Below the pieces are notes generated by a model. It saw only the letters and a program-made list of their open reading frames with translations, did not search any database and was not told the DNA's origin. Made by a program: the position numbers and the translations under genes. This document shows, in pieces, positions 1 through 7,097 of a stretch of 14,184 nt of DNA (its first letter is position 1; the number at the start of each line of letters is the position of its first letter). The DNA is taken from assembly GCA_037133055.1 (NCBI GenBank), contig JBAXOY010000084.1, positions 1 to 14,184 on the forward strand, in the 5' to 3' direction. This DNA comes from Chlamydiota bacterium (GTDB lineage Bacteria; Auribacterota; Tritonobacteria; UBA1439).

Positions 1-39
1 TTCATGCCTTCGTGGTGAACACTCCACTGTAGTGCGGCA

Positions 40-405
40 TCACCCCTTGAGTATCTTCTTCAGCGTGTCCCGAAGCCCCTCCCCCGTGATCGGCTTCTGC
101 ATGAAATAGACCCTCTTCGCGCCGCGCGCGCCCGGCAGCATGTCCGGATGGAGCACCGAGACGATGAGAACCGGCACCTCCACCCCCCGCTCCCTGAGCC
201 GCGTGAGGAATGTCACCCCGTCCATCGTCCCCATGATCACGTCGGAGATGACCAGGTCCGCGGGCTCCCGCGCGAGCATCCGGAGGGCCCGGGCGGCGTC
301 CCCCGCGAACCGCAGGGAGTAGCGCGCGGCCTCCTCTTTCAGCATATGCCGGTAGATGGCCTGCATGTCGCGGTCGTCGTCGATGATGATGATGATGCGC
401 TTCAT
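40..405 (-). CDS. Single-domain response regulator (CheY-like receiver)
   Basis: 121 aa with the receiver signature: acidic pocket IIDDD, phospho-acceptor in LVISDVIM, Ser in LIVSV and Lys-Pro in MQKP. No output domain. The start overlaps the kinase stop (ATGA, 402-405). Confidence 0.93.
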   Translation of the reverse strand: MKRIIIIIDDDRDMQAIYRHMLKEEAARYSLRFAGDAARALRMLAREPADLVISDVIMGTMDGVTFLTRLRERGVEVPVLIVSVLHPDMLPGARGAKRVYFMQKPITGEGLRDTLKKILKG

Positions 406-2783
406 CCCGCGTTCCCCCTCCCCGCGAGCCGCGGCCCCGCCCCGCGGAGGGGAAGCCGCACCACGGCGGTCGTCCCCTTTCCCCGTCCCTCAGAGTCGAG
501 ACGGATCGCTCCCCCGTGCAGACCGACGATCTCGCGGCAGATCGGAAGCCCGAGCCCGGTGCCCTGCGCCGCGGGGTTCTTCTTGTAGAATCTCGTGAAG
601 GCCGCCTCCGCGTCCTTCGCGTCGATGCCCATCCCGGTGTCCCTGACGCGGAGCATCAGCCATCCCCCCGCGCGCGAGGTGGAGAGCGCGACAGTTCCGC
701 GCCGCGTGAATTTGACCGCGTTGTCCATGAGGTTGTAGAGGAGCGTCCGCATCATCCTCCGGTCCGCCGTGATCCCGTCGGCCCCCTTCCCGATGCGCAC
801 CGCGAGCGCGACCTTCCGGTCCCCGATGCGGTCCCGCATCTCGCCCGCGATCTCCAGGGCGATCTCCCTGAGCGACACGCGCGCCGTTCTCGGCGCCACG
901 GTGCGGCCGCTCAGGGCGCACATCCTGACGATGTTGCCGACGTCCCTGCCGAGCACCGCAAGGTTCCTCGCGGAGATCTCCTTCGCTCTCTTGATTCCAT
1001 CGAGATCCCGGGCGGCGAGCGCCTCGTCGGCCATGGCGTGGGCCATCTCCATCATGGCGATCGGGGCCTTCAGCTCGTGGGATACGTCCCGAATCAGGGT
1101 GTCCTTCATCGCCTCGACCCTCTTCCGCTCCGAGATGTCCCGCATGATCGCCTGCATGAGCGTTGTGTCGCCGTAGCGGATGGCGCTCCCCGTGATGTCC
1201 ACCGGGATGACCTTCCCATCCCTCCTCAGGAGCGGGACATCGTGCGCCTCGCACTCCCCCCTTGCGGCTATCTCCCGGAACGCGGCAACGACCCGCGCGC
1301 GATCCCCCGGGGGATGGAGCCGGGCATAGTGCATCCCGACGAGCGCTTGTTTCGGATATCCGAGGAGCTCCTGTCCCCGCCGGTTCACCTCGAGAAGTCT
1401 TCCCTCCGTGTCCGCGAGGAAGATCCCCTCGCCCGCGCCCTCCACCAAGGCCCGGTACTTTTTCTCCGACCGCCGGATCGTCTCTTCCGCGTTTCGGCGC
1501 GCGGTGATGTCGATAACCGCGGTGATGACGCGGACCACCTTCCCCCCTTCGATCACCGGTATCTTGCGGGTCTCGGTGATCACCTCCCGCCCGCGTATCA
1601 CGTTCCGCTCCTCGGTGATGAGCATTTTCCCCGTGCGGAAGACGCGGCGGTATTCGTCCCCCACGGATTCGGGGAGGAACGGAAACATCTCGACTATCGT
1701 CTTCCCGAGCATCCCCCCCCTCAGGCCGAGTTTCCTGACCCATCGCGTGAACGCCCTGTTGGCGAGGAGGATCCTCAGATCGGGATCGACCACGTGGATC
1801 GCCTCCGCGAGCGAGTCGATGGTGGTGCGGTACTGCGACCAGGAGGCCTGGAGCGCCTCCTCCGCCTTTCCCGCCAGGATCACCTGGGAGGTGGTGTGGG
1901 CCACATCCTCCAGCAGGGCCTCCTCTTCGGGCGCAATCGCCCGCGTGCTGAAGAGGGCGAGAACGCCGATCGTCGCGCCCTTGTCTGAAAGAAGCCGGTA
2001 GCCCGCAAAAGACACCAGGCCGAGGGAGCGCGCCCACTCGTGGTCGTGGACACGCGTATCATGGGCGACGTCGTTGGTGATGAACCCGGGGTCCTCGCCG
2101 GACGCGACACGCCCGATCTTATAGCACCCCATCGGGACCCTGCGATGACCGCCGTCGAGGCGGTGGTAACGTCCGGAGCTTGCCATCAGGTGGAGGCAGA
2201 GGGACCGGTCGCGGCAGACGTGCGGGCCGTTCGTCACCGCGGCGTGGACACATCCCCTCCCGCACAGATCCCCCGGACCGGTCATCCAGATCCGGGCGAA
2301 ATCCGCGCCGAATATCTCGACGACCCCCTCCGTGATGAGCTCGAGTTTCCTGCCGAGGACCATCGTGCCGAGAAGCCGCTCCTTCAGGCGGTTGAGCTTC
2401 GAGGCCCACACCTCCACGCGCGTGCGGTCGGTGGTGTCCCTGATGATAAGCGTCGCCACCCGCGCGCGCGCCGCCGGGTCATCGACGACGAACGAATCGA
2501 GGATCACCCGCCGCTCGCCGCCCCCGAGGGTTCCGAGGCGGCATGCGCGGCCGTGGACCCCGCGCTCCGCGCCGAGGGGGTCCCCCGCCGCGCCCTTCAC
2601 CCCGAGGCCGACGCACACCTCGCGCAGGAGTTTCCCCGTGAGCGCTTCGGGGGGGCAGTCGAGGCCGAAGATATTCACGAACCCGCGGTTCGCGAACAAG
2701 ATCCGGCCCTCGTCGAGGGTGCAGCGGCACACCCCGTCCCTCATGGACCTGGCGAACCGGATGAAGAGGTCTTTCGCGGGCAT
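402..2783 (-). CDS. Cytoplasmic PAS-GAF-PAS-PAS sensor histidine kinase
   Basis: 793 aa. H-box DVSHELKAPI, N-box LYNLMDNAVKFT, G1 VRDTGMGI, F-box FTRFYK, G2 GTGLGLPIC. PAS/PAC ends (RDTT, IDITARR, RDISERK) and a GAF-type segment (FITNDV...LVSFAGYRL...IGVLALFS). No obvious TM helix. SD GGGGGAGG upstream of the ATG. Confidence 0.95.
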   Translation of the reverse strand: MPAKDLFIRFARSMRDGVCRCTLDEGRILFANRGFVNIFGLDCPPEALTGKLLREVCVGLGVKGAAGDPLGAERGVHGRACRLGTLGGGERRVILDSFVVDDPAARARVATLIIRDTTDRTRVEVWASKLNRLKERLLGTMVLGRKLELITEGVVEIFGADFARIWMTGPGDLCGRGCVHAAVTNGPHVCRDRSLCLHLMASSGRYHRLDGGHRRVPMGCYKIGRVASGEDPGFITNDVAHDTRVHDHEWARSLGLVSFAGYRLLSDKGATIGVLALFSTRAIAPEEEALLEDVAHTTSQVILAGKAEEALQASWSQYRTTIDSLAEAIHVVDPDLRILLANRAFTRWVRKLGLRGGMLGKTIVEMFPFLPESVGDEYRRVFRTGKMLITEERNVIRGREVITETRKIPVIEGGKVVRVITAVIDITARRNAEETIRRSEKKYRALVEGAGEGIFLADTEGRLLEVNRRGQELLGYPKQALVGMHYARLHPPGDRARVVAAFREIAARGECEAHDVPLLRRDGKVIPVDITGSAIRYGDTTLMQAIMRDISERKRVEAMKDTLIRDVSHELKAPIAMMEMAHAMADEALAARDLDGIKRAKEISARNLAVLGRDVGNIVRMCALSGRTVAPRTARVSLREIALEIAGEMRDRIGDRKVALAVRIGKGADGITADRRMMRTLLYNLMDNAVKFTRRGTVALSTSRAGGWLMLRVRDTGMGIDAKDAEAAFTRFYKKNPAAQGTGLGLPICREIVGLHGGAIRLDSEGRGKGTTAVVRLPLRGAGPRLAGRGNAG

Positions 2784-2876
2784 GCTGCCTCCCCCGGGTT
2801 GGCTTCGGCGGCGCGGTGGCCGCCGTGCACTCCCGCGGCGCGGGGCCGCGGAGAGAGGCGACGACGGGCGCCGCCG

Positions 2877-3362
2877 TCAGCCGCCGCGCGTATCGGAGCC
2901 CCCCGGGCGCACGCACCCCGCGCGCGAGATCACGCTGAGGACTTCCGCGGGCGTGGATGCCGTGAGGAGTTCGTTCCTGTGTCGGTCGCACCGGCAGAGT
3001 CTCACGGTCTGAGAGAGGACTTCGAGGTAGGCTTCGTGCTGCGCGGGCGAGTGAATGAGGAGCCAGAGGAGGTTGACCATGCGGCCGTCGGGCGCGTCCC
3101 ATGGTATGGAACGCGCGCTCCTCCCGAACACCACCTTGAGACCCCGCATCGCTCCGGTCACCGCGTGCGCGACGATGACCGATCTCCCGACCGCGCTGCA
3201 CCTGCACCCCTCGGCGTCGTAGAGCGCCGACAGGACCTCCTCGTGCTCGGGCCCCCGCGCGGGAAATGCCATGTCCAGAAGCTCGCGGAGCGCCTCCCAC
3301 CGATCTCGCGCCTTCATGCCGAGGATCACGTCGGCAGGGCTGACGCACTGGTACAGTTCCAT
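2877..3362 (-). CDS. PTS EIIA (PTS_EIIA_2, Ntr/fructose-type) domain protein
   Basis: Likely true start MELYQC at 3362 behind SD GGAGGGGAG; the 311-aa track ORF over-extends into the channel gene. 161 aa. EALRELL...E...SAVGRSVIVAHA...VVFGRSARSIPWDAPDGRMVNLLWLL...YLEVLS matches the EIIA pattern, with the phospho-His retained. Confidence 0.85.
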   Translation of the reverse strand: MELYQCVSPADVILGMKARDRWEALRELLDMAFPARGPEHEEVLSALYDAEGCRCSAVGRSVIVAHAVTGAMRGLKVVFGRSARSIPWDAPDGRMVNLLWLLIHSPAQHEAYLEVLSQTVRLCRCDRHRNELLTASTPAEVLSVISRAGCVRPGGSDTRGG

Positions 3363-3382
3363 CTCCCCTCCGGTGTGCCGCA

Positions 3383-3411
3383 CTATATTACCCGATCCGG
3401 GCGATCCCGTG
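3383..3411 (-). promoter_or_regulatory. Putative sigma70 promoter region for the EIIA gene
   Basis: The minus strand reads TTCACG-N17-TAATAT shortly upstream of the SD; coordinates approximate. Confidence 0.4.
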
Positions 3412-3442
3412 AAGCGCGAAGTGACCCTCGGGGCAAGGAGTT

Positions 3443-4441
3443 TCACAGCGTTCTGAACGCCTCGACCTTCTCGACGGTCCCGATGACGATCAGGACATCG
3501 TCCGCGGCGACGAGGTAGGTGGAGCGCGGGACGTGGGTGTACTCGCCGGTCTTCCCGTGCTTCACCGCGATGACCCATAGGCCCGTCCGGTCGGTGTCGT
3601 TCACCTCCCGCAGGGCCTTCCCGACGAGCGACGACGCCGGGCTTACCCTGACCTCCTCCACCCGGAGGGCGGAGTCCTTCCCGCGAAGCATCGCGTCGAG
3701 GAACGACACCACCTCGGGCCGCACGAGCTCGGATGCCATGCGGAGCCCGCCGATGAACTCGGGGGAGACGACCGCGTCGGCGCCCGCCTTGCCGAAGATG
3801 GCGGCGCAGCACTCGTCCACCGATTTCGTGACGATGCGAAGGGCGGGGTTCAGGCCCCTCGCGGTCATCACCACGAACAGGTTGTCCTTGTCGTTGTCGA
3901 GGGCGCTCACGAGGCCCCGGGCCTTTTTCACGCCCGCGGCGAGGAGCACGGCCTCCTCGGTGGGCTCACCCTGGAGGAAGAGCAGCTCGTCCCGCTCCTT
4001 CAGCTTCGCGATGCGCCCGGAATCCGCCTCGACGACGACGAACGCGCGCCCGGTCTTGTGCAGCTCGGCAATGATATAGCGCCCGACGTCGCCCGAGCCG
4101 CAGACGATGTAGTGACCCTCGAGCCCCTCGATGCTGCGTTTCACTTTTTTCCTCCTCAGGTATCCCCCGAGCTCCCCCTCGACGAAGAACGCGGTGATCG
4201 TACTCAATCCGTAAATGAACGTGCCCATCCCCACCATGATCAGCACGATGGTGAACGCCCTCCCCGGGGCGGAGAGGGGGTGGACCTCGCCGTATCCCAC
4301 CGAAGTGAGCGTGATCACCGTCATGTACAGCGCTTCAAAGACCGACCAGCGTTCGATCAGCACATACCCGGCCACCCCCGCGACATAGAGGCACGCGAGG
4401 AGCGAGACCGCGATGATGAGCTTCTTCTTCAGGTCGATCAT
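3443..4441 (-). CDS. Potassium channel protein, 2TM pore plus RCK (TrkA_N/TrkA_C), MthK/Kch-like
   Basis: 332 aa. TM1, pore helix and filter YMTVITLTSVGYGE, then TM2. Rossmann HYIVCGSGDVG, DKDNLFVVMTARGLNP, AGADAVVSPEFIGG and a C-terminal TrkA_C (SLVGKALRE...DVLIVIG). Confidence 0.95.
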   Translation of the reverse strand: MIDLKKKLIIAVSLLACLYVAGVAGYVLIERWSVFEALYMTVITLTSVGYGEVHPLSAPGRAFTIVLIMVGMGTFIYGLSTITAFFVEGELGGYLRRKKVKRSIEGLEGHYIVCGSGDVGRYIIAELHKTGRAFVVVEADSGRIAKLKERDELLFLQGEPTEEAVLLAAGVKKARGLVSALDNDKDNLFVVMTARGLNPALRIVTKSVDECCAAIFGKAGADAVVSPEFIGGLRMASELVRPEVVSFLDAMLRGKDSALRVEEVRVSPASSLVGKALREVNDTDRTGLWVIAVKHGKTGEYTHVPRSTYLVAADDVLIVIGTVEKVEAFRTL

Positions 4442-4445
4442 GTGG

Positions 4446-4483
4446 ATTGAGCCATCGAGCTATAGCTATCAAGCGATCGAGAA
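4446..4483. repeat. Degenerate octamer tandem tract (ATCGAGCN) in the channel 5' leader
   Basis: ATTGAGCC-ATCGAGCT-ATAGCT-ATCAAGCG-ATCGAGAA. Confidence 0.55.
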
Positions 4484-4504
4484 TTATGTGCAGGCGCGGG
4501 CCTC

Positions 4505-4533
4505 ATTCTATGCCAGCGCCGCGCGCGGGGCAA
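4505..4533 (-). promoter_or_regulatory. Putative sigma70 promoter for the K+ channel gene
   Basis: Minus strand TTGCCC-N17-TAGAAT. Confidence 0.55.
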
Positions 4534-4546
4534 ATGCTTTCTGGCT

Positions 4547-4746
4547 GTAACTGCTCAGGAGCCAGAATTCAGGAGTCAGGAGCCAGGAGTTGGAATGAGG
4601 AAGCCAGCGGCGACATTTGAGGACTTGGGATACGGCGATGTTCCCGAGTGAATGCAGTTTTTCGAAGAGGTCAGTACGCTACCGGAAGCGTATTCGGGAT
4701 CCATTCTGGATTCTGGCTCCTGACTTCTGACTGCCTGAATAGTTAC
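4547..4746. mobile_element. 200-bp non-autonomous MITE-like element with TIRs and a candidate 8-bp target-site duplication
   Basis: Left end GTAACTGCTCAGG (4547-4559) versus the reverse complement of the right end (4734-4746), GTAACTATTCAGG: 11/13 match. TTCTGGCT directly abuts both ends (4539-4546, 4747-4754). Internal heptamer arrays lie in inverted orientation (4556-4590, 4702-4737). Visibly lower GC than the flanking genes; no transposase. Confidence 0.75.
4595..4723 (+). pseudogene. Internally deleted four-helix-bundle (TIGR02436 / 23S rRNA IVP-like) gene remnant
   Basis: In-frame MRKPAATFEDL/GYGDVPE*MQFFEEVSTLPEAYSGSILDSGS*. The family's N-terminal 'FEDL' appears fused straight onto the C-terminal 'DLGY...EEVS...AY' helix. 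Internal TGA at 4649-4651; GGAG (4586-4589) precedes the ATG. Recognised from family motifs, not from a search. Confidence 0.65.
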
Positions 4747-4825
4747 TTCTGGCTTTTCTAATCGACACCCCCCGCGCGGATGATGCATCATATTTCAGCG
4801 CCGCGCGCAACCCGGAGGACACGCC

Positions 4826-5515
4826 ATGTATCCAGACGACGCGATCCAGCCCCAGCCCCTGTCCGCCGCACCCCCCGTCGCAAACCCATGGGAACGCCGC
4901 GCGCAGGGCGAAGCGGTCCGCGCGCTCTGGGACACCCTCGTCATGTCCCTCTCGAGGCCCGGCGATCTCTTCCGGGGCACTCCGCGAAGCGGGGGGCTCG
5001 GGGCCCCGCTCGCGTACGCGGCCATCCTCGGCACGGTCGGCATCGTCGCCCAGTCGCTCTGGCAGATCGGATTCCGCGCGCTGAGCGCGCTCCTCTCCTC
5101 CCGCCTCAATCCCGATGCGGCTTCTCCCTCGGCGCACGGCGAGATTTTTACTCTCGCCGTGCCGTTCGTCGTGCTGGTTCTGAGCCCCCTGCTCATCACG
5201 GTCGGCCTCTTCATCGGCGCGGGCCTCACCCATCTCGCCCTCATGATGCTCGGGGGCGACCGGCACGGCTTCGAGGGGACGTTCCGGGGAATGGCGTACG
5301 CGCACGGGCCGATGGTCTTCTACGTCATCCCGCTCGTCGGCGTCGTTATCGGCGGCGTCTGGGCGGCCGTGCTCCAGGTCATCGGCATCAGCAAACTTCA
5401 GGAGACCGAGTGGTGGCGCGCGCTCCTCGCGATCCTGCTCTTCCCCTGCGCCTGCGCGATGATCGGCATCATCGCCGCCATCGCGATCGCCGCGCTGTTC
5501 GCGTCAAAGGGGTGA
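4826..5515 (+). CDS. YIP1-family membrane protein
   Basis: 229 aa. PWE...LSRPGDLFR, several TM helices, THLALMMLGG...FEGTFRGMAYA...IPLVG...GISKLQETEWWRALLAILL. SD GGAGG. Confidence 0.85.
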   Translation: MYPDDAIQPQPLSAAPPVANPWERRAQGEAVRALWDTLVMSLSRPGDLFRGTPRSGGLGAPLAYAAILGTVGIVAQSLWQIGFRALSALLSSRLNPDAASPSAHGEIFTLAVPFVVLVLSPLLITVGLFIGAGLTHLALMMLGGDRHGFEGTFRGMAYAHGPMVFYVIPLVGVVIGGVWAAVLQVIGISKLQETEWWRALLAILLFPCACAMIGIIAAIAIAALFASKG

Positions 5516-5524
5516 GGTGCCAAG

Positions 5525-5848
5525 ATGCCCAATCCGCTCTGGCTCATCGAGGCGTGGCGGCGGGGGATCGGGTGCCCGCTCCACGCCCTCACGGGGCTCC
5601 CGTGCCCGGGGTGCGGCGCCACGCGGGCGGCCCTTGCGCTCCTCCGCCTCGACTTCCCCGCGGCGCTCGCCTTCAACCCGGGCGCGGTGATCGGGGGATT
5701 CGTCTACCTCGGCTATCTCGCATGGGGGCTCCGCCACAGCCTCGTCCGCGGGGGCTGGCCGCGCGGACCGCGCATACCCATGGCCCGCTGGCTGGCGATG
5801 GGGGCCTTTGCGCTCAACTGGGCGTACCTCATCCTCCGCGCGTCGTGA
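5525..5848 (+). CDS. DUF2752-domain membrane protein
   Basis: CPLHALTGLPCPGCGATRAALALLRLDFPAALAFNP signature followed by two hydrophobic helices. SD GAGGTG overlaps the YIP1 stop. Confidence 0.88.
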   Translation: MPNPLWLIEAWRRGIGCPLHALTGLPCPGCGATRAALALLRLDFPAALAFNPGAVIGGFVYLGYLAWGLRHSLVRGGWPRGPRIPMARWLAMGAFALNWAYLILRAS

Positions 5849-5899
5849 GCCGGATGACGGGCCCCGCCAAGGCGCTTGGGCGCGACACCTGCCGAAGCC

Positions 5900-6214
5900 T
5901 CACGGGGCCGTGCGATCCGTCCCCGGGGAGGCCTCAACCGTCCGCCGGCACTCCTCGATGACGTCCCGGGGTATGAGCTTCATCGCGGCCCACACCAGTC
6001 CAGGGACAATGACCAGGTCGTCCAAAAACCCGATCACAGGTATGAAGTCGGGAATGAGGTCGAATGGGGAAAGCGCGTACCCGACCGCGGCGCCCATGAG
6101 CGCCCTCGCCGTCCACGGGGTGCGCGGGTGCGCGAGCAGGAGCCGGTAAAAGGCGAGCTCCTTCTTGAGATCATCCGCGATGGCGCGCAGCGCCTTTTTC
6201 AGCGGCCCGATCAT
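5900..6214 (-). CDS. YkvA family (DUF1232) membrane protein
   Basis: HPRTPW...YALSPFDLIPDFIPVIGFLDDLVIVP signature. SD GGGGGAG; an extended -10 TGGTATAGT at 6233-6241. Confidence 0.92.
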   Translation of the reverse strand: MIGPLKKALRAIADDLKKELAFYRLLLAHPRTPWTARALMGAAVGYALSPFDLIPDFIPVIGFLDDLVIVPGLVWAAMKLIPRDVIEECRRTVEASPGTDRTAP

Positions 6215-6248
6215 TTGGTGTCTCCCCCACTAACTATACCATACTCCG

Positions 6249-6355
6249 TTACGCCCACACGCCCTCACGTACCCATCCTCTTGCGCCCCTATGCCGTTAC
6301 GCTTATGTGCGCAGAAGCTTCATCTGTCACGCCCCCACGCCCACACGCCCTTACG
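6249..6355. repeat. Intergenic element copy 1: conserved core within an ACGCCCnn octamer array
   Basis: Core ATGTGCGCAGAAGCTTCATCTGTCACGCCCC starts at 6305 and is flanked by ACGCCCAC/ACGCCCTC/ACGCCCCC/ACGCCCTT units. Confidence 0.85.
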
Positions 6356-6374
6356 TCTTTTCCCTCCTCCCGCC

Positions 6375-6403
6375 TTGACAGCCGGGGGGGGCTGTACTAG
6401 TAT
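6375..6403 (+). promoter_or_regulatory. Putative sigma70 promoter for the lipoprotein-HDAC genes
   Basis: TTGACA-N17-TAGTAT; the spacer contains a G8 run. Confidence 0.65.
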
Positions 6404-6448
6404 GGAGCCCGTTGCCGGGTCAGCCACTTCCATGAAGGGAGCGCGGGA

Positions 6449-7054
6449 ATGAAGAACACAGTGCTGTGGGCCCTCGCGGCGCTCATCGCCGCCTCGGCCG
6501 GATGCGCGGGCCTCTCCAGCGTGAACTACAGCCGTTTCGACCGCGGGAGGCGGATCACCCGGCTCGCGGTCGTCGCCAACAACCAGACCACCGCCGACCG
6601 GTACAAGATGTGGGCGTGGACCAAGAGGAAGCCCCGCATCGTTCCCGAGGACACCTTCGCCGAACAGATCGGCGCCTCGCTCGCGTCGCGGACCAACCTC
6701 CCGATCGTTCCCCAGGCGGCGGTCAACGAGGCGCTCGAGAAGCTGAACCTCAAGGGCAAGGTCGCACTCACCCGGCATGATCTGCGGGAGATCGGCGAAC
6801 TGACCGGCGCCGACGCGATACTCCAGGCCGAGGTCTCGTTCTACCTTCAGAACTACCTCTTCTGGAAGACGCTCGGCGTGGTCGAGATCACCATGAAGAT
6901 CAAGGGGCTGCCCGACGTGAACCTGCTCTGGAAAGCGAAGGGGCGGAACGTCGCCCTCTTCATGACGACCGACACCGCGCTCGACAAGGTCCGCGACACG
7001 ATGCTCACCCAGGCCGCCCAAAAGCTCGCCGGCGACGCGGCGATGGGCCGGTGA
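6449..7054 (+). CDS. Hypothetical lipoprotein (possibly LpoB/CsgG/GNA1162-like alpha/beta fold)
   Basis: 201 aa. Signal peptide with lipobox SAGC. LREIGELTGADAILQAEV...LLWK resembles that fold family (inference). SD AAGGGAG. Confidence 0.8.
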   Translation: MKNTVLWALAALIAASAGCAGLSSVNYSRFDRGRRITRLAVVANNQTTADRYKMWAWTKRKPRIVPEDTFAEQIGASLASRTNLPIVPQAAVNEALEKLNLKGKVALTRHDLREIGELTGADAILQAEVSFYLQNYLFWKTLGVVEITMKIKGLPDVNLLWKAKGRNVALFMTTDTALDKVRDTMLTQAAQKLAGDAAMGR

Positions 7055-7097
7055 GCCGGCGCGGGCTGCACGCGCGAGGCGAAGACCCGATCACCCG

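Noticed and set aside
1..5. Possible start (ATGAA) of a further minus-strand gene at the window edge
   Set aside because: Only 5 nt are visible, so it cannot be supported.
2784..2876. Riboswitch in the GC-rich leader of the kinase
   Set aside because: Pairing potential is trivial at this GC content and no known aptamer motif is recognisable.
490..3518. Long alternative-frame and antisense ORFs (490-2037, 516-1988, 2040-3518; similarly 7005-8051, 10614-11573, 11927-13072, 12480-14180)
   Set aside because: They overlap well-supported genes, are Arg/Pro/Gly-rich or motif-free, and are expected shadow ORFs in high-GC DNA.
3363..3812. N-terminal 150-aa extension of the EIIA ORF in the track
   Set aside because: It overlaps the K+ channel in another frame and is low-complexity; a good SD and ATG exist at 3362.
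4649..4651. Selenocysteine or readthrough at the in-frame TGA of the remnant ORF
   Set aside because: The ORF already appears internally deleted, there is no Cys/redox context, and no recognisable SECIS follows; a nonsense mutation is the simpler explanation.
4547..4746. Diversity-generating retroelement (four-helix-bundle proteins resemble Avd)
   Set aside because: No reverse transcriptase and no TR/VR pair with adenine-specific mismatches in the window.
6305..6335. Conserved micro-peptide M(C/R)AEASS(V/I)TP encoded by the three repeat cores
   Set aside because: No SD is present and the downstream sequences diverge immediately; DNA-level conservation explains it.
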